A DNA stretch of 64,000 nucleotides, taken from the IMG/VR virus record IMGVR_UViG_3300042691_038938, one strand, 5' to 3'. This document shows, piece by piece, positions 18,669 to 30,700 of this stretch. The position numbers and the translations under genes were made by a program. Every line of letters begins with the position of its first letter. Position 1 is the first letter of the stretch. The notes under the pieces were generated by a model. That model saw only the letters and a list, made by a program, of their open reading frames with translations. It was not told the origin of the DNA and did not search any database. This DNA is from a virus (lineage: Duplodnaviria; Caudoviricetes).

Positions 18669-18970
18669 ATCGAATCAATCACTGTGAGTCCAAATGCTTC
18701 TAGCTTTTCCTTAGTTAGCGCGTAGGCAACCTCATAAACATTACCAGTTAATGTGAATGCTGAATCATCAGTCTTTCCTACTCTAGAATAAACCTGCTGA
18801 CTTGTCACAGTCTTGGTAGGATCAGCCAGTCTAGCCTCCTCATTTAAGTATAAGTTTAAGAATGCATTTATTGTGCCGCTCTTTGAAACCTTTACTGTTT
18901 CGATGTTTACATAGGCATCAGATGTTGTGCCTCCGTCTGTGTAAATTTCACTAGTTATCTTTAGTCCCAT
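18665..18970 (-). CDS. Small hypothetical protein, possible fibre chaperone
   Basis: 101 aa, directly downstream of the collagen/LVIVD fibre gene. Confidence 0.55.
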   Translation of the reverse strand: MGLKITSEIYTDGGTTSDAYVNIETVKVSKSGTINAFLNLYLNEEARLADPTKTVTSQQVYSRVGKTDDSAFTLTGNVYEVAYALTKEKLEAFGLTVIDSI

Positions 18971-18989
18971 TTTATTTTATTTTTTATTA

Positions 18990-21900
18990 TTATGCAATCA
19001 CGTACGAGAATGTGAACCACTGGGTGCCATCACCGATGCCTATTGCTGAGTCATCTGCCTTTTTTATTTCTACTTGAGTTGCGTTTTTATATCCTACTTT
19101 ACAAGCGGTATTTCCAACATTAAATGAAGCTACTCCCCAAGCCTGATTAGGAGCGATCGTTCCAAGAGGAATATTGATTGTTGGATTTCCACCGGCAATA
19201 GTTTTTCCAGTACAAGTGACAACGTCTCCTACTCTAGTAAATGTATAATCAGAGTTAGCCTCATCATATCTACCGCTTATGAATTGATTACTGCCACTAA
19301 ATTGGTTTGGATCTCTAGCATTAAGGTATAGATGAGGATGATCATTGATTGTAAGCTTTCCATCTAATATATTCTCATCAGCGTCTCTTACCCAAATACC
19401 GTATGCTTTGTTCACAGCAGTCGCTCCTGCATAGTCAACATATACTCCATAAACATCGCCGGCTGTATTGTTTCCAGTAAACTTAAAGTTATATCCCCAA
19501 AGGCTAGAATTGGCAGTAACTCCCGGGCCAATTTCTACCCAGTTGGAAAGCACCCATCCATCAAAGGTTGTGGTATCGCCACCAATACCAAATTTTTGCC
19601 AGTGACCCACAAAGTCTGAATGAAAGGTAGTAGATTCTCCAACGCCAGTCGCTCCTATGAGTTGAGAGGTGACCCATCCCCCATTGATGTCATTTGTTCC
19701 GCTGAGTCTAATTCTATTACAGTTAACTGCTTGTAAATCAACTGAATCTAAATCAGTAGTATCGATTAGGATCTCATCAGCGAGCGCAACGGTGTCTAAC
19801 CACTTTCTATTCAATCGTATTTTTGGAGCACCAGTTGGAGAGCTTTGTGTGATTCCTTCCAGCTTAGTTTCAATGATTGTCAATGGATCAGGAGCACTGG
19901 TGAGTACCATATTAGGATCAGAGAATCTTACCTTTATTGGGCCGTCTACCGCTAGTCCCTGACCGCGATCGATGTATACTCCTCCCTGACCCACGTTTAT
20001 TGAGTTCCCGACCTCTAATGATTCTCCAACGTATGCGTTTTTGAATACTTTGATCTCATTAGATCTTATCATAGACAGGTCGGCATTTGCAGAAACTATT
20101 CCGTCAACTTCAAACACAGAAATACCTCCAATCGTTGCAGCATATGAACCTGTTCCGTTTGAGGTGGAAACGTAAATCTTGTTTCCTACCATCGTCATCT
20201 TTCCAGCAGCAGTTATCTCACCTCTAGACTCAATTGCGACAGTAAATGGATTTAGGATGTCAGAAATATCGACTGTTGCAAGCATCCCAATTCCGCTCAC
20301 TTTATTCTCACCTAGCGCATATAAGTAACGATCACTAACTATTATGTCAGTAATATCGATATTTGTGTCCACTTCAAATGAAGAGACTAGAGACAAGTTT
20401 TGAGTGTTGTTCACATCAATGTTGTATACATAAACATCATTATCGTAAGAGCAGAATAACCAGGTCCCCAGAGCCTTGAGCTGTGCAGGTTTTTCATTAG
20501 CACCACTGGCAACAACAACGGTCCCGCTATTTGAAGCAGGTCGATAAGTTATGTTATAAGGATCATGGATATCAAACTGCTTGATTCGAATGCTGTTTGA
20601 GCTCTCAGTAAAAGTAGAAACAAACGCTCTTTCTCCAACTATCTCAAGGTCCAAGTAATTATCATCGTTTCTACCATATGATGTGGGCGAACCGAGACTA
20701 CATATTACTACAGGATTCGTCGGATCGGAAACATCAATAGCGATTATAGTTGAGTTAAGAGTAGACCATGGAGCGGCAGCCTGTCTCTTATTGATTACGT
20801 AAGCAATTGACCCAACTATCTCAACTCGCTGTAAACTGTTTCCTGGAGTATCAATTGATACCGGTACCATAGAATTTCCATTGGAGTCGGCCTCAGCTAT
20901 GATGAAAGTATTATAATTTCGATTGATACCTACACCTGGTGCACTGCCTGGAGTAGAAGGTCTGACTCTAGTTAGATAGATGTACTTACCAGCAATCTTT
21001 GCGTCAGTCACACTAGTTGCGGGAATGTCTTGAAGTACTCCAGAGATTGTGTGGCCATGGTTATCGAATGCAAGTGGAATAAGAAGATTTTGCTCAGAGT
21101 CAGTAGTAACCGTATTAAGAACAGTAAGCGCTGAGTCTAGTGCTCTAAGTTGGATTGCACCCTGAGAAGTAGTCAAGTTACTTCCGCCGTATATGTCATT
21201 AGGTCCAGCAAAAGTCTGTATTAAGTATTTACCATTGGAGAATATCGAAGTATAATAGCGGTTAGCATTACCTGGATAGCCGACTCCAAACAGCGCCTTA
21301 GAGACAAATTCAGCAGGTGTTGTGTGAATCTGCTCAATGTTGCCAGCAGTCTGTACAAGACGGTCATTAAAGAAGAAACCATTTAGTCCGCTTGAAACAT
21401 CAAATAGAGCAAAATCAGCGTTTCCTGCAGAATAAGGCAGAGTCAATTCATTTTCAAGACCCTCCTTAAGACCAAAGATAAGACCGTTTACTGCAGAAGA
21501 AATGCTGATTCCGTCAGGTACGATAGGCGGAACTGCTGACTGTTCAATTAGAGACTCGGCCGATCCTAATCGAATTGTTACCTCAGACTGAATTGTGCTC
21601 AGCCCTTCGTCGTTATACTTTGGAACTACAAATTCAAATCTTCCGTTTTGATCAATAGTTGCGATTGAGGTCGATTCTAATTTACTTAAAGAGAATCTTG
21701 CAGTATTTAACCAATAGTTAGTACTCGGCAATGGGGTTGATAGGCTAACGTCTTCCTTTAGGAACTTTACCTTTAGATTGTGTCGAATATCACTCATCTC
21801 AACTTGACTGGGACTTACTTCTGTGTTTTCGTAGAGTGATCCCATTTCAAGGTGATATCTTCCTTGAATGACAGCTGCGCCTTCACTATGGTTTGAGTAG

Positions 21901-22511
21901 ATGGATAATAGAGAATTGAATAACTCTCCAGGATTTGCTGTAAAATAAAAGTTAGTTAAGCTATTGGAAAGAACGTCCTCATTAAAATTATTTAGAAAAA
22001 GCGTATCGTTATTTGAAGTATTTAGAGTTCCTAAATTCACATCAAGCTGTGTCTCTAAATAAGTCTCTCCACGACGATTAAAGGTAATGAACCGATCATC
22101 ACTCGGACTACTTAAACCTATTCCTCTCTTAAAAGGAGAAGAAGTGGTTGAAAGATAATTATTAACTAATGTGGATATGCTGGTGACTAGTGACCAGGTA
22201 TCAGTCGCTAGATCGTATTGCCACACATCAAATGATAAAGAATCTAAGTAGAGATCATTATCGATAAGATCGATGAATCCAGTAAGAGTATTTGGATCTC
22301 CTGCATCCACAAACCAAGTAGATCCTCGTAAGCCAGCAGGTCCGCCTAGGCCAGTCGGCCCAGCTGGGCCCTGTATTCCTGAAAGTCCCTGTATCCCAGG
22401 ATCCCCTACTCCTAACTCCAATAACTTATTGAAATTAAAATTGACTTTGTCAACTGTGATTTCCTGTGAATCTGAAGGAAAGATCTCCTTTAAGTTTACT
22501 CTAATTGGCAT
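18990..22511 (-). CDS. Tail fibre-like protein with a collagen segment and LVIVD-like propeller repeats
   Basis: Gly-X-Y run near the N-terminus; repeats VEIVGSIAYV, LEIVGERAFV, IIVSDRYLYA and MTMVGNKIYV. Confidence 0.7.
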   Translation of the reverse strand: MPIRVNLKEIFPSDSQEITVDKVNFNFNKLLELGVGDPGIQGLSGIQGPAGPTGLGGPAGLRGSTWFVDAGDPNTLTGFIDLIDNDLYLDSLSFDVWQYDLATDTWSLVTSISTLVNNYLSTTSSPFKRGIGLSSPSDDRFITFNRRGETYLETQLDVNLGTLNTSNNDTLFLNNFNEDVLSNSLTNFYFTANPGELFNSLLSIYSNHSEGAAVIQGRYHLEMGSLYENTEVSPSQVEMSDIRHNLKVKFLKEDVSLSTPLPSTNYWLNTARFSLSKLESTSIATIDQNGRFEFVVPKYNDEGLSTIQSEVTIRLGSAESLIEQSAVPPIVPDGISISSAVNGLIFGLKEGLENELTLPYSAGNADFALFDVSSGLNGFFFNDRLVQTAGNIEQIHTTPAEFVSKALFGVGYPGNANRYYTSIFSNGKYLIQTFAGPNDIYGGSNLTTSQGAIQLRALDSALTVLNTVTTDSEQNLLIPLAFDNHGHTISGVLQDIPATSVTDAKIAGKYIYLTRVRPSTPGSAPGVGINRNYNTFIIAEADSNGNSMVPVSIDTPGNSLQRVEIVGSIAYVINKRQAAAPWSTLNSTIIAIDVSDPTNPVVICSLGSPTSYGRNDDNYLDLEIVGERAFVSTFTESSNSIRIKQFDIHDPYNITYRPASNSGTVVVASGANEKPAQLKALGTWLFCSYDNDVYVYNIDVNNTQNLSLVSSFEVDTNIDITDIIVSDRYLYALGENKVSGIGMLATVDISDILNPFTVAIESRGEITAAGKMTMVGNKIYVSTSNGTGSYAATIGGISVFEVDGIVSANADLSMIRSNEIKVFKNAYVGESLEVGNSINVGQGGVYIDRGQGLAVDGPIKVRFSDPNMVLTSAPDPLTIIETKLEGITQSSPTGAPKIRLNRKWLDTVALADEILIDTTDLDSVDLQAVNCNRIRLSGTNDINGGWVTSQLIGATGVGESTTFHSDFVGHWQKFGIGGDTTTFDGWVLSNWVEIGPGVTANSSLWGYNFKFTGNNTAGDVYGVYVDYAGATAVNKAYGIWVRDADENILDGKLTINDHPHLYLNARDPNQFSGSNQFISGRYDEANSDYTFTRVGDVVTCTGKTIAGGNPTINIPLGTIAPNQAWGVASFNVGNTACKVGYKNATQVEIKKADDSAIGIGDGTQWFTFSYVIA
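22323..22406 (-). repeat. Collagen-like Gly-X-Y repeat
   Basis: GDPGIQGLSGIQGPAGPTGLGGPAGLRG, residues 36-63. Confidence 0.85.
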
Positions 22512-22513
22512 CT

Positions 22514-25500
22514 CTAGATGAATTTAATTTTTATCTTTGGACTGATTGACAATCCTTTTCCAGGTTTTTTACTGAAATTGAATTTTAACACCAATCTTTC
22601 TCTTTTATTTATTTGCAAAGCCTTTAGTAGATCGTAGCCTTGAGTAAAGCGTTGTTGATCATTTAAAAAGACAAACTCTATCGTATTTGGATTGGTCTGC
22701 GACTGTGTGATCGTTGACACTAGTGATGCGTTTTCCTTGAAGAAAAAAGCATTTTCATAGATCTCGTAAAGCTTAAGAATATTTGCATCGGTGTATGCTC
22801 TAACATAATCTTCGATAGAATTAAAGTTTCCGATATACTCGTTAGAGTTTATGAGGAATTCATTAAACTTAGCTGAGATTCCGTCCTCAATAAAGTATCG
22901 AGTTAAAGCGTTACTCACATTGATATAGCCTTCTACTTGTATTGGAGTCTCCTTCACCACCATCTCTACTTGATCAATGTCTATTGTTGAGAGATCTGCG
23001 TTCTCCGCTACATTTACTACTTGAAAGTTTTCAAGCTCAATGAATTCAGGTAGAGTTATTAACTTTGAGACAAATGATTCGTCCTCTTCTACTCTAAGAG
23101 CACCGGATACTGGAGAATACTGATTCTTATTTGAATATCTAAAATGGAACCCCCAATCCCAGTTTCCTCTAAGCAAGAAGTAATCAGCTTGGCCTATTGC
23201 TATCTCATTGATTCGTTGATATTTAGCGTCATATGTGTCATCTGATTCAAGTTCAAGTATCGCGTTATCTGCGACTTTAATGTGATTGAAATTATGCACA
23301 GTAAAGATAGAACTAATGTTTCCATTTAATTTAACATTTCCTAGTTCAAGATCAGCTATTTGATTTTTAGTGAAAGTGAAATTAGATTTAAAGGATATTG
23401 AGTTTCTAACGATCGGTTCATACTCTCCTTTATATCTATTTAAGATGTATGTACTAGGTAAAGTAGCCAATTCATAATCAAAACCTATTGAGTCTAATTG
23501 TGAAAACTGGACAGGTACTCTTTCTGTAGGAATAGAGATTACTTGATTGATCTTCTCAATTCCGCTCTGATCTAATATCTCAAGATAAAAATTAGGATTA
23601 CTTGACAATACTGGATTGCCTGTTGAATCCAATGAATAAGAATAGTATTCAATGAATGGATCTAGTGAATTTATGTATTGTTTAAATCGACCAAAGGATA
23701 TTTTTTCGAATAGTTTTTCAAAGTATTTTTCTCCACCAGAAACGATTCTAAAGATGTAATAACTATTGATTAGAGAAGTTGATCCAGTCGGCAAGACGTT
23801 GTAAGGACTTACGTAATCTGGCGGAACGTTAGATGGTGTGCTCAAGCCTAATGAAGTCGTAGAATCATAGATTAAAAACTGTTCAGCAGACCCTGCGATC
23901 GGGCTTAAGCTTTGAGGATTTATTCCTACAAATTCATCAATAAACAGATCGAAACCTGTCACAAGATCACGTATCGTTATAAACGTTGAAGTTGTGGGCA
24001 TGGACACGTCGTCAGTTAAGAATCCTGAATAGTTTGGCGTGTTATTATTTTTAAGTCTCTTTATTGTTCCGTCACCAGGAATACCGTTCGCTAACGAAAG
24101 CTTTGATCCCATTTTTATGGTAGAAAAGTTATTCAAGATGACGTTGTACTTCTTATTCTTTAAGGAATAGAGAAGAGTATGAGTCAAGTTAGATACTGAA
24201 TTTGAATCAAATGAAACTCGATAGTCTCCATTTATGCTTTCAAATGGAAGGACGGATCCTAACTCAGTAACATATGTTGGGTTTGAGTAGTTTTGGTTGT
24301 TCACAGTAGTTAAAGTCGGAACCGCTTGTACCTCTTTCCAATAATTCTCTATGTCTGCGATTTGACCTATTGCTATCTCAATCACGACAACGATGAATTT
24401 AAACTCCTGATGCTCTATCACTTTATATTTGATAGGGGGCTGAGTTTGATCTAATATGTTCTCTTTTACTGGTTTAAGTATGCAGCTAAACTTATAATCT
24501 TCAAACCTTGTCGTAGAATCTTTAGCTACTGGCTTACCGTCTGCCCCAAATACATTGGGATCAGTCACATCCTTTAGCGTTAATTTAAAGCCTTTAAAGA
24601 ATGCCTCGTACTGTCCAGCCCTATTCTTAAAGACGTTTGAGTAACGAATTTGAGTTTCACCTACCTCGTTTCCAGAGAAAGTTGGAGTATACGTAAAATA
24701 ATTTATGAAATAATCAGGATCAGACAAGAGTAGAGTCTCATCAAGAGGATTGTCAAAATAATTAGAATTTAATTTAATAGTCGACTCATCATTCGTATAG
24801 TTAAACTTACTCTCTATATAGAACCACTCATGAGTAAAGTTTACTGGATTCTGAGTCCTGTCCTCATGGTCAGGAGAAAAGTTGTTTCGACTAAAGATTA
24901 ACTCAGTATTTAATCGATAAGGATTGTCTCTAGAATCTTTACCGTTTTTGATTCCCCACTTAGTGATGTATGGAATGATCTTTGATCTAAGAGCAAAATC
25001 AAGACTCTCGTTCTCCTTGTAGTAATCGTATTCAGTTTGAGTAACCCCGTTAAGATATTTTAGCCTAAGCTTGTATTCTTCGCTATCGTTTTGAGGAACC
25101 ACTTTTTCAGGATCCTTAAGTAACGAGAATCCTGGGAAATTAATTAGCTCTTCGTTTTGATCATTGATTGGAGCTACTAGACTTGCACCAGCCGTTGTGA
25201 TGTCGCTAGAATATCTAACAAGAGGTGAACCACTAACTGTTTTGTATTTGGTGAGAATCGTAACAGTAAAGGAAGTGCCGTTTGTATAATTTGATATAGT
25301 TCCGTCATTTACTTGAATCTCACCACCAATAACAGTATATTCTATTCCAGGCTCAAGCAGATTAGCTCCTTCTGGAATAAAGTAGTAGTTGTATAAGTCG
25401 ATCTCTGGAAAATTAGTATAGAGGCTGCTATAAAAATCAAAGTCAATGTCCTTTATTGGAAAGAACGATAAGAATCCAAACGACGGTCTAAATTTAGGCC

Positions 25501-27727
25501 TCATCACGAATTCTTTGTAAGCAATCGTAGGGGACTCATTCTCCTCCAAGACCACGACAATCTTTTCAAGGTAAGAATTGATGGCATTCGTTCTAAGAGA
25601 CTTACTAAGCTGATTCTCCTCAGTGATTAGATCGATGTATGGAGAAACCTTTCTTATCTTTGACCAACTATCTGATGATTTCACCAAGATTGAATCAAAG
25701 GATTGATTTATTTTGTTTAAGTGTTGGGCATCAAAGATTAAACGATTTCCCTTCTCCTTTGATCCTCCAGAAAAATTAAATAGCTGTCCAGCAACCTGTG
25801 AACCTGTTATAAAGTCTATCTCCATCGCGGAGTAGTCGGCTGCTGATAATGAGACTTTATGTAGAAGATCAAAGTCACCAGCCGCATTTGCTTTAATGAA
25901 GACTCGATCTTCATATAGGTATGCAGTAAAGGTTCTATTTCGTATTAGATTAAGAGCGGAAGTCAATGCACTCGCGATCTCATTCTTCTCACCAGTCCCA
26001 TTGATATAGAAAACATCGTATCCTACTACTCCATCATAGTCGTTGAATCCATAATAATCTCCAGGATTGGGCACAAGTCCATAGTTGTTAGCTATGGTGA
26101 TCAAATCATGTTTACCGTTTGAGTCTACTCTAGTTCCGTTTGGGTGGTATATCCTAAACTCATCATAATTTGTGAGAGTTGAATTTATCTTGATCCCAAT
26201 GTGAGAATAGCCAGGAACCTTTGTTGACTCTCCTTGGTCCTGTAAGAAAAGAATCCTGCTTTGTCCAAAAAAGAGGCCAAGGTCTATTTTTTTATTAGAG
26301 AATCTAAATTGCCCAGTATTCAATTCTTTGACTGATGTGCTAGTAGAAGTCAACGGGTCCACTATGTTGAATGAACTAATATATGAAAACTGATCATCAT
26401 TCAACTTAACAACCAGGAATTCACCTGAATAGCCCGAGTCTGGACTAACAATAGTTATTAGATCGTCAGTCTCATACCCGTGAGAGGTTAGAGAGGCAGT
26501 AACCAGGTTACCTGATCTAATAAGCTCAGTTAATCTAGGCGAGGAATAGTCTGGAGTGTACGGATCTGTTAATTTAGGTAGATAAAGCTTACCGTCCTTA
26601 TCATTAATATAGGTCAAGTACATTGAATCAAGATCAGAGAATAAATCATTGAATTCTGAGATCTTAAGTTCCAAGTTCTTATATGGAATTATTACACCGT
26701 CTGGGTTTTCTTGATAGACAGATACCTCATCTGTCTCAAGATAAGTCTTACGAAGCCTAGGAGTATTTTCCCAAGTAAGACGAGTATCGTAACCTCTCTT
26801 TAAGTCAATGTCCAGCTTTGATAGCTCAATGGTATTGACGTAAAATCCTACGTATCTATTGAAATCATATTTTTCAGAAGAATCATCATTAAAGACGAAT
26901 TCAAGGTTTAGGATGTTCGGAAAGATCACGCCGGTCCTAGAATAGCCATTCGTTATGTTTTCTTCAAAGAATTTTAGAGGAGATGATGTCCTATAAAAAT
27001 CATAGAGTAATTCTCCCTTAGATCCAAATGATCCCTCGTTTATTATTATTCCGTTCCACGTAGTAAAATCGTCTTGACCAAATGCCACACTGAGCGGGCT
27101 TGTAGGAAAATTGATGTCAGTTACGTAATCTCTAATATATTTCCCAGCCTTAGTTTCAGGACGTAAATCAAAGGTTTTAATTATCGTTGACTTCTTGAAT
27201 AGGTCCAGCATGTATTCTCCATTGCTCTGACCTGATTCATAATTCTGACGGATATCATCAAGAGGAAAGTTCGCAGGATCGTTTATCTTTAAGATCACGA
27301 AAAAATTAGGTATCTTATCCCTAAGATATAAGGGAGCTAGATATGAAAGCCTCTCAGTATATTTCTTAGATGCAAGATATTTTGCTCCACTAAAATAGTG
27401 AGAAAAATCAAATTGGTCCTTGAAATTCTTTGAAGTTTTTGTCGTGTCTACGTTTTCAGAAAGATCAAAGATTATTTCGTTAGGCGTAGTTCCTCCCTTG
27501 AAGAAACGAAAGATGTTTAATGGGTGAGAGATGTTAGAATCAATAGGAAACTTTGAATATGAATCCTTTGATAGCTCTTGATTTGCTTTTATTGATTCTA
27601 ACCATAATTCACCAGCCTCGTCTATCGCTATCTTTATGTTTCCTGTTAATTTTGGATTAGTCCTAACTAATCCAAAGCTAGAGTCATCAGTTAAAAGCTT
27701 AGTATAGAGTAAATTGCGATCTCTCAT
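22514..27727 (-). CDS. Very large putative virion (baseplate/tail) protein
   Basis: 1737-aa uninterrupted ORF in the structural block; no catalytic motif recognised. Confidence 0.6.
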   Translation of the reverse strand: MRDRNLLYTKLLTDDSSFGLVRTNPKLTGNIKIAIDEAGELWLESIKANQELSKDSYSKFPIDSNISHPLNIFRFFKGGTTPNEIIFDLSENVDTTKTSKNFKDQFDFSHYFSGAKYLASKKYTERLSYLAPLYLRDKIPNFFVILKINDPANFPLDDIRQNYESGQSNGEYMLDLFKKSTIIKTFDLRPETKAGKYIRDYVTDINFPTSPLSVAFGQDDFTTWNGIIINEGSFGSKGELLYDFYRTSSPLKFFEENITNGYSRTGVIFPNILNLEFVFNDDSSEKYDFNRYVGFYVNTIELSKLDIDLKRGYDTRLTWENTPRLRKTYLETDEVSVYQENPDGVIIPYKNLELKISEFNDLFSDLDSMYLTYINDKDGKLYLPKLTDPYTPDYSSPRLTELIRSGNLVTASLTSHGYETDDLITIVSPDSGYSGEFLVVKLNDDQFSYISSFNIVDPLTSTSTSVKELNTGQFRFSNKKIDLGLFFGQSRILFLQDQGESTKVPGYSHIGIKINSTLTNYDEFRIYHPNGTRVDSNGKHDLITIANNYGLVPNPGDYYGFNDYDGVVGYDVFYINGTGEKNEIASALTSALNLIRNRTFTAYLYEDRVFIKANAAGDFDLLHKVSLSAADYSAMEIDFITGSQVAGQLFNFSGGSKEKGNRLIFDAQHLNKINQSFDSILVKSSDSWSKIRKVSPYIDLITEENQLSKSLRTNAINSYLEKIVVVLEENESPTIAYKEFVMRPKFRPSFGFLSFFPIKDIDFDFYSSLYTNFPEIDLYNYYFIPEGANLLEPGIEYTVIGGEIQVNDGTISNYTNGTSFTVTILTKYKTVSGSPLVRYSSDITTAGASLVAPINDQNEELINFPGFSLLKDPEKVVPQNDSEEYKLRLKYLNGVTQTEYDYYKENESLDFALRSKIIPYITKWGIKNGKDSRDNPYRLNTELIFSRNNFSPDHEDRTQNPVNFTHEWFYIESKFNYTNDESTIKLNSNYFDNPLDETLLLSDPDYFINYFTYTPTFSGNEVGETQIRYSNVFKNRAGQYEAFFKGFKLTLKDVTDPNVFGADGKPVAKDSTTRFEDYKFSCILKPVKENILDQTQPPIKYKVIEHQEFKFIVVVIEIAIGQIADIENYWKEVQAVPTLTTVNNQNYSNPTYVTELGSVLPFESINGDYRVSFDSNSVSNLTHTLLYSLKNKKYNVILNNFSTIKMGSKLSLANGIPGDGTIKRLKNNNTPNYSGFLTDDVSMPTTSTFITIRDLVTGFDLFIDEFVGINPQSLSPIAGSAEQFLIYDSTTSLGLSTPSNVPPDYVSPYNVLPTGSTSLINSYYIFRIVSGGEKYFEKLFEKISFGRFKQYINSLDPFIEYYSYSLDSTGNPVLSSNPNFYLEILDQSGIEKINQVISIPTERVPVQFSQLDSIGFDYELATLPSTYILNRYKGEYEPIVRNSISFKSNFTFTKNQIADLELGNVKLNGNISSIFTVHNFNHIKVADNAILELESDDTYDAKYQRINEIAIGQADYFLLRGNWDWGFHFRYSNKNQYSPVSGALRVEEDESFVSKLITLPEFIELENFQVVNVAENADLSTIDIDQVEMVVKETPIQVEGYINVSNALTRYFIEDGISAKFNEFLINSNEYIGNFNSIEDYVRAYTDANILKLYEIYENAFFFKENASLVSTITQSQTNPNTIEFVFLNDQQRFTQGYDLLKALQINKRERLVLKFNFSKKPGKGLSISPKIKIKFI

Positions 27728-27745
27728 GAATCATGTAAATTTTTA

Positions 27746-30700
27746 TTAGAAGCTAGATCGAACTCCTCTACTTTGAACTAATGGCGAGTCTAATGATGTC
27801 TCTTTGATGTATTGAGCATCCACCTTAAGGTCAAAGGAAAAAGGAGACTCATCTTTAATGATGATGTCGATTCCAATCTTCTTAGAATATTTTATATTAG
27901 TTAAAGTAGATGTGGTTCTATATCCACCAACATATCCTAACTTGTCCGACGCTCTAAACTGAAAGAGCACAGGAATGTTTATTGAGTTTTCTTCGCCAAA
28001 CTTGATGATTTTACTTGATCTTGCTGGAAAATTACCCTCAACTGATACTGATTCATAGTTTGTAGGATACATGTAAAGATATGCTCCACATGTATACTTT
28101 CCTACCAAGTACTTATCATTGTTTTTAAATCCTAGTTTGATTGGATAATGAGAATCGTCTTTATCTGTTACGTTATTTGTAGGAATGACTGGTGTTGTTC
28201 TACTTGCTTGCTTGTAATATTCTACACCAAAGGCATTTGTATTCTCTGAAGTAGAGGTCTCAAAGTGTAGTGCATGAGAAAAAGGTAAGTATTCCTGGTT
28301 AGCGGTTAATGGAATTGCTAAACTCGATCCAAAATCAGGTCTAAACACTTCTGCAATATTACCTATCGCAAAAGAGGGTCCACACAATGTTGGAATCTCA
28401 GGATGATCTTTACTTACGCAAAACTCAGTAAGATATCCACCGCCGTTTGCTGTGACCGGAATCGCACTAGTCGTTCCATTCCAAATTCTAGAGTCAGTAG
28501 ATGTTCCTGTTACACCAGAATATTGTGGATTGAATGGAAGGTAGTGTCCCCAGTTAACCGGCACAAAGTTAGTAGTGTTAACTGTTTGTCCCTGATAAGT
28601 ATAGGCAGCTGTAAAATAAGTACCAAAACCAGTCGAAGGATCGCCTGGAGAATATACTTCTTCAGAAAGTCCATAGTCTCTTACTCTTGAATGAATAAAC
28701 TGACTCATTACCTGACCTGATTGAGCGCCTGCTCTCTGCTTAAAGTTTCCTAGTTGAGGAGTCGGATTTGAGTTTACTCCGATAGGAACGATATCGTATC
28801 TTCTATTGACATGATAGTCATTGTCTGGGTTACCGCTTGGGTTAGACGTAGTCGAAAGTTGGCCTATTCCTCCAAAGAGAAGAGAAACTAGTTCTAAGTT
28901 AGTAGCAGAAGTGTTTTGTATTGAAACTGCGTACTGTTTAGTAATTATATCTCCCTCATTGTAAATCACAGTCCCACCGGTCGTGTCCTTAATTAAGTCT
29001 TTATAGAATCCTCCAAATAGAGATATTGTATCTCCATTAGAAACGTCTAAGGAGTTTCCTTCAGAATCTATCACCCGAACCTTTATTGCTCCACGATCAG
29101 TAGTGATAGACTGTTGAATTCCATCCAGCGTTGCCTGTAGAGACTTTAGCTTTTGATATAGATCAACGACATTTCCTTCACTTGTGAAAAAGCCGCTTGA
29201 TATGTCTTCTGCAATGTGAGAATAAAACTTATCTCCCTGAGTAAATTGATTTGCAGTATGAATATCAAGACCCTTAGAATTCAAATTATTTTCAAAGTCT
29301 ATCCTAACCTTTTCAGCAAAAGCTTTTTGTGAGACTAACGTAGCCTCTTCTTCAGATTGAATTGAAGCTGGAAACTGTATTTGAACTGAATTTGACCATA
29401 CTGATTCCACTGGATTAGTCGGCCATCCTGCCTCAGAAAGAGACTTTACTTGGATCTCAACTATCTCTCCTTTACGAATAGGTATGCTTAACTGATTTGT
29501 GTTTACTGCGTCTGCGTCATTTAAGATCTCATCTACCCAAACATATAAACCTGTTTCAGGATCCAACTCTTTTACTCGAGGTCTAGTAAGTTCCTCTGTC
29601 CATGGAGAAAAAGTAGCAGTCTTGGTAGCTCCATCGCTATCAATGAATGGCTGCTGAGTAGCATTAGGTTGAGTGCCGCTTAGACTTAAGTAACGATATC
29701 TATACTTGAATTGAACGACTTGTTGAGGTCCATACTTTGTGACCTTTGCGTCTGGAATCTGCCAAAATCCTCGAACTCTATATTTTTTCTTTACGATAAA
29801 TTGAGGAGTCGTTGAAAGTTGTAAACTAATATTATTAACTAGTGTAGAAAGAGCGGTGACTTTTTCATTCCTAGAATTTAGTGACTGAGTTAACTGTTTT
29901 TGTAAACGCTTGGCTTCCTTGTCAGTTTTAGCAACTGTTGTGATGGTTGATTTAATTGAATCAATTTTCTTATTTAATTCATCAACTTCTTGCTGTAAAG
30001 CCGCTTTTTCTTTTATGTTGTTATTTAACTCTGTGACGTTTTTATCATCTTGAATGTGAGCATCTACCTGTATTACTGAGAAATTACTCTCAAATAAGTT
30101 TGGAGAAGAAGGAATCTCACCAATGATCGTAGGAACAGTTTTTTCCTTAGCTAAGTTCAATAGAATCAGTCCAAAGTCAGAAACAAAATTATTGTAATAG
30201 TCCTCTAAAGTAGATGAGCTATTGTCTACTAACGGAATTGTAAGCTCGTTTGTGTATACTCCAAAACCTTTTGAAAAGCCATCAATCGTTAAGTTCTTTG
30301 CTTTACTTACTGGCTTTACAAATATCACCTCACGTTCGTTGAATCCAACGTTTACTGGAAGCTCAGGAACCCTATATGGAGAAGGTTTTACTCGTAAAAT
30401 GCTTGCACCTATCGTGATCGCGTCTGTTCCAAAGATCTTTTCAAGAACGACTTCAGTATCAGTAGTGCTGATTGATGCGACTCTATATTCAGAATCACCA
30501 GTGGTGATTAGTACATCACCAATTGATAGAAACTTTGTGTTTTGTACTCCAGCGACGATATCAGTATAGTTTAGAGTACTAAGCTTATATCTTCTTCTTA
30601 CTGTAGAAACAGTCTGTCCACTAGTAAGAGTCTGATTTCCCTCTTCCTCAAGTATCTTTATCACATCGAATGATCCTTGATATCTATTGACTGCTACCGC

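Noticed and set aside
2381-22511. Diversity-generating retroelement acting on fibre genes
   Set aside because: No reverse transcriptase and no TR/VR pair differing only at adenines in this window.
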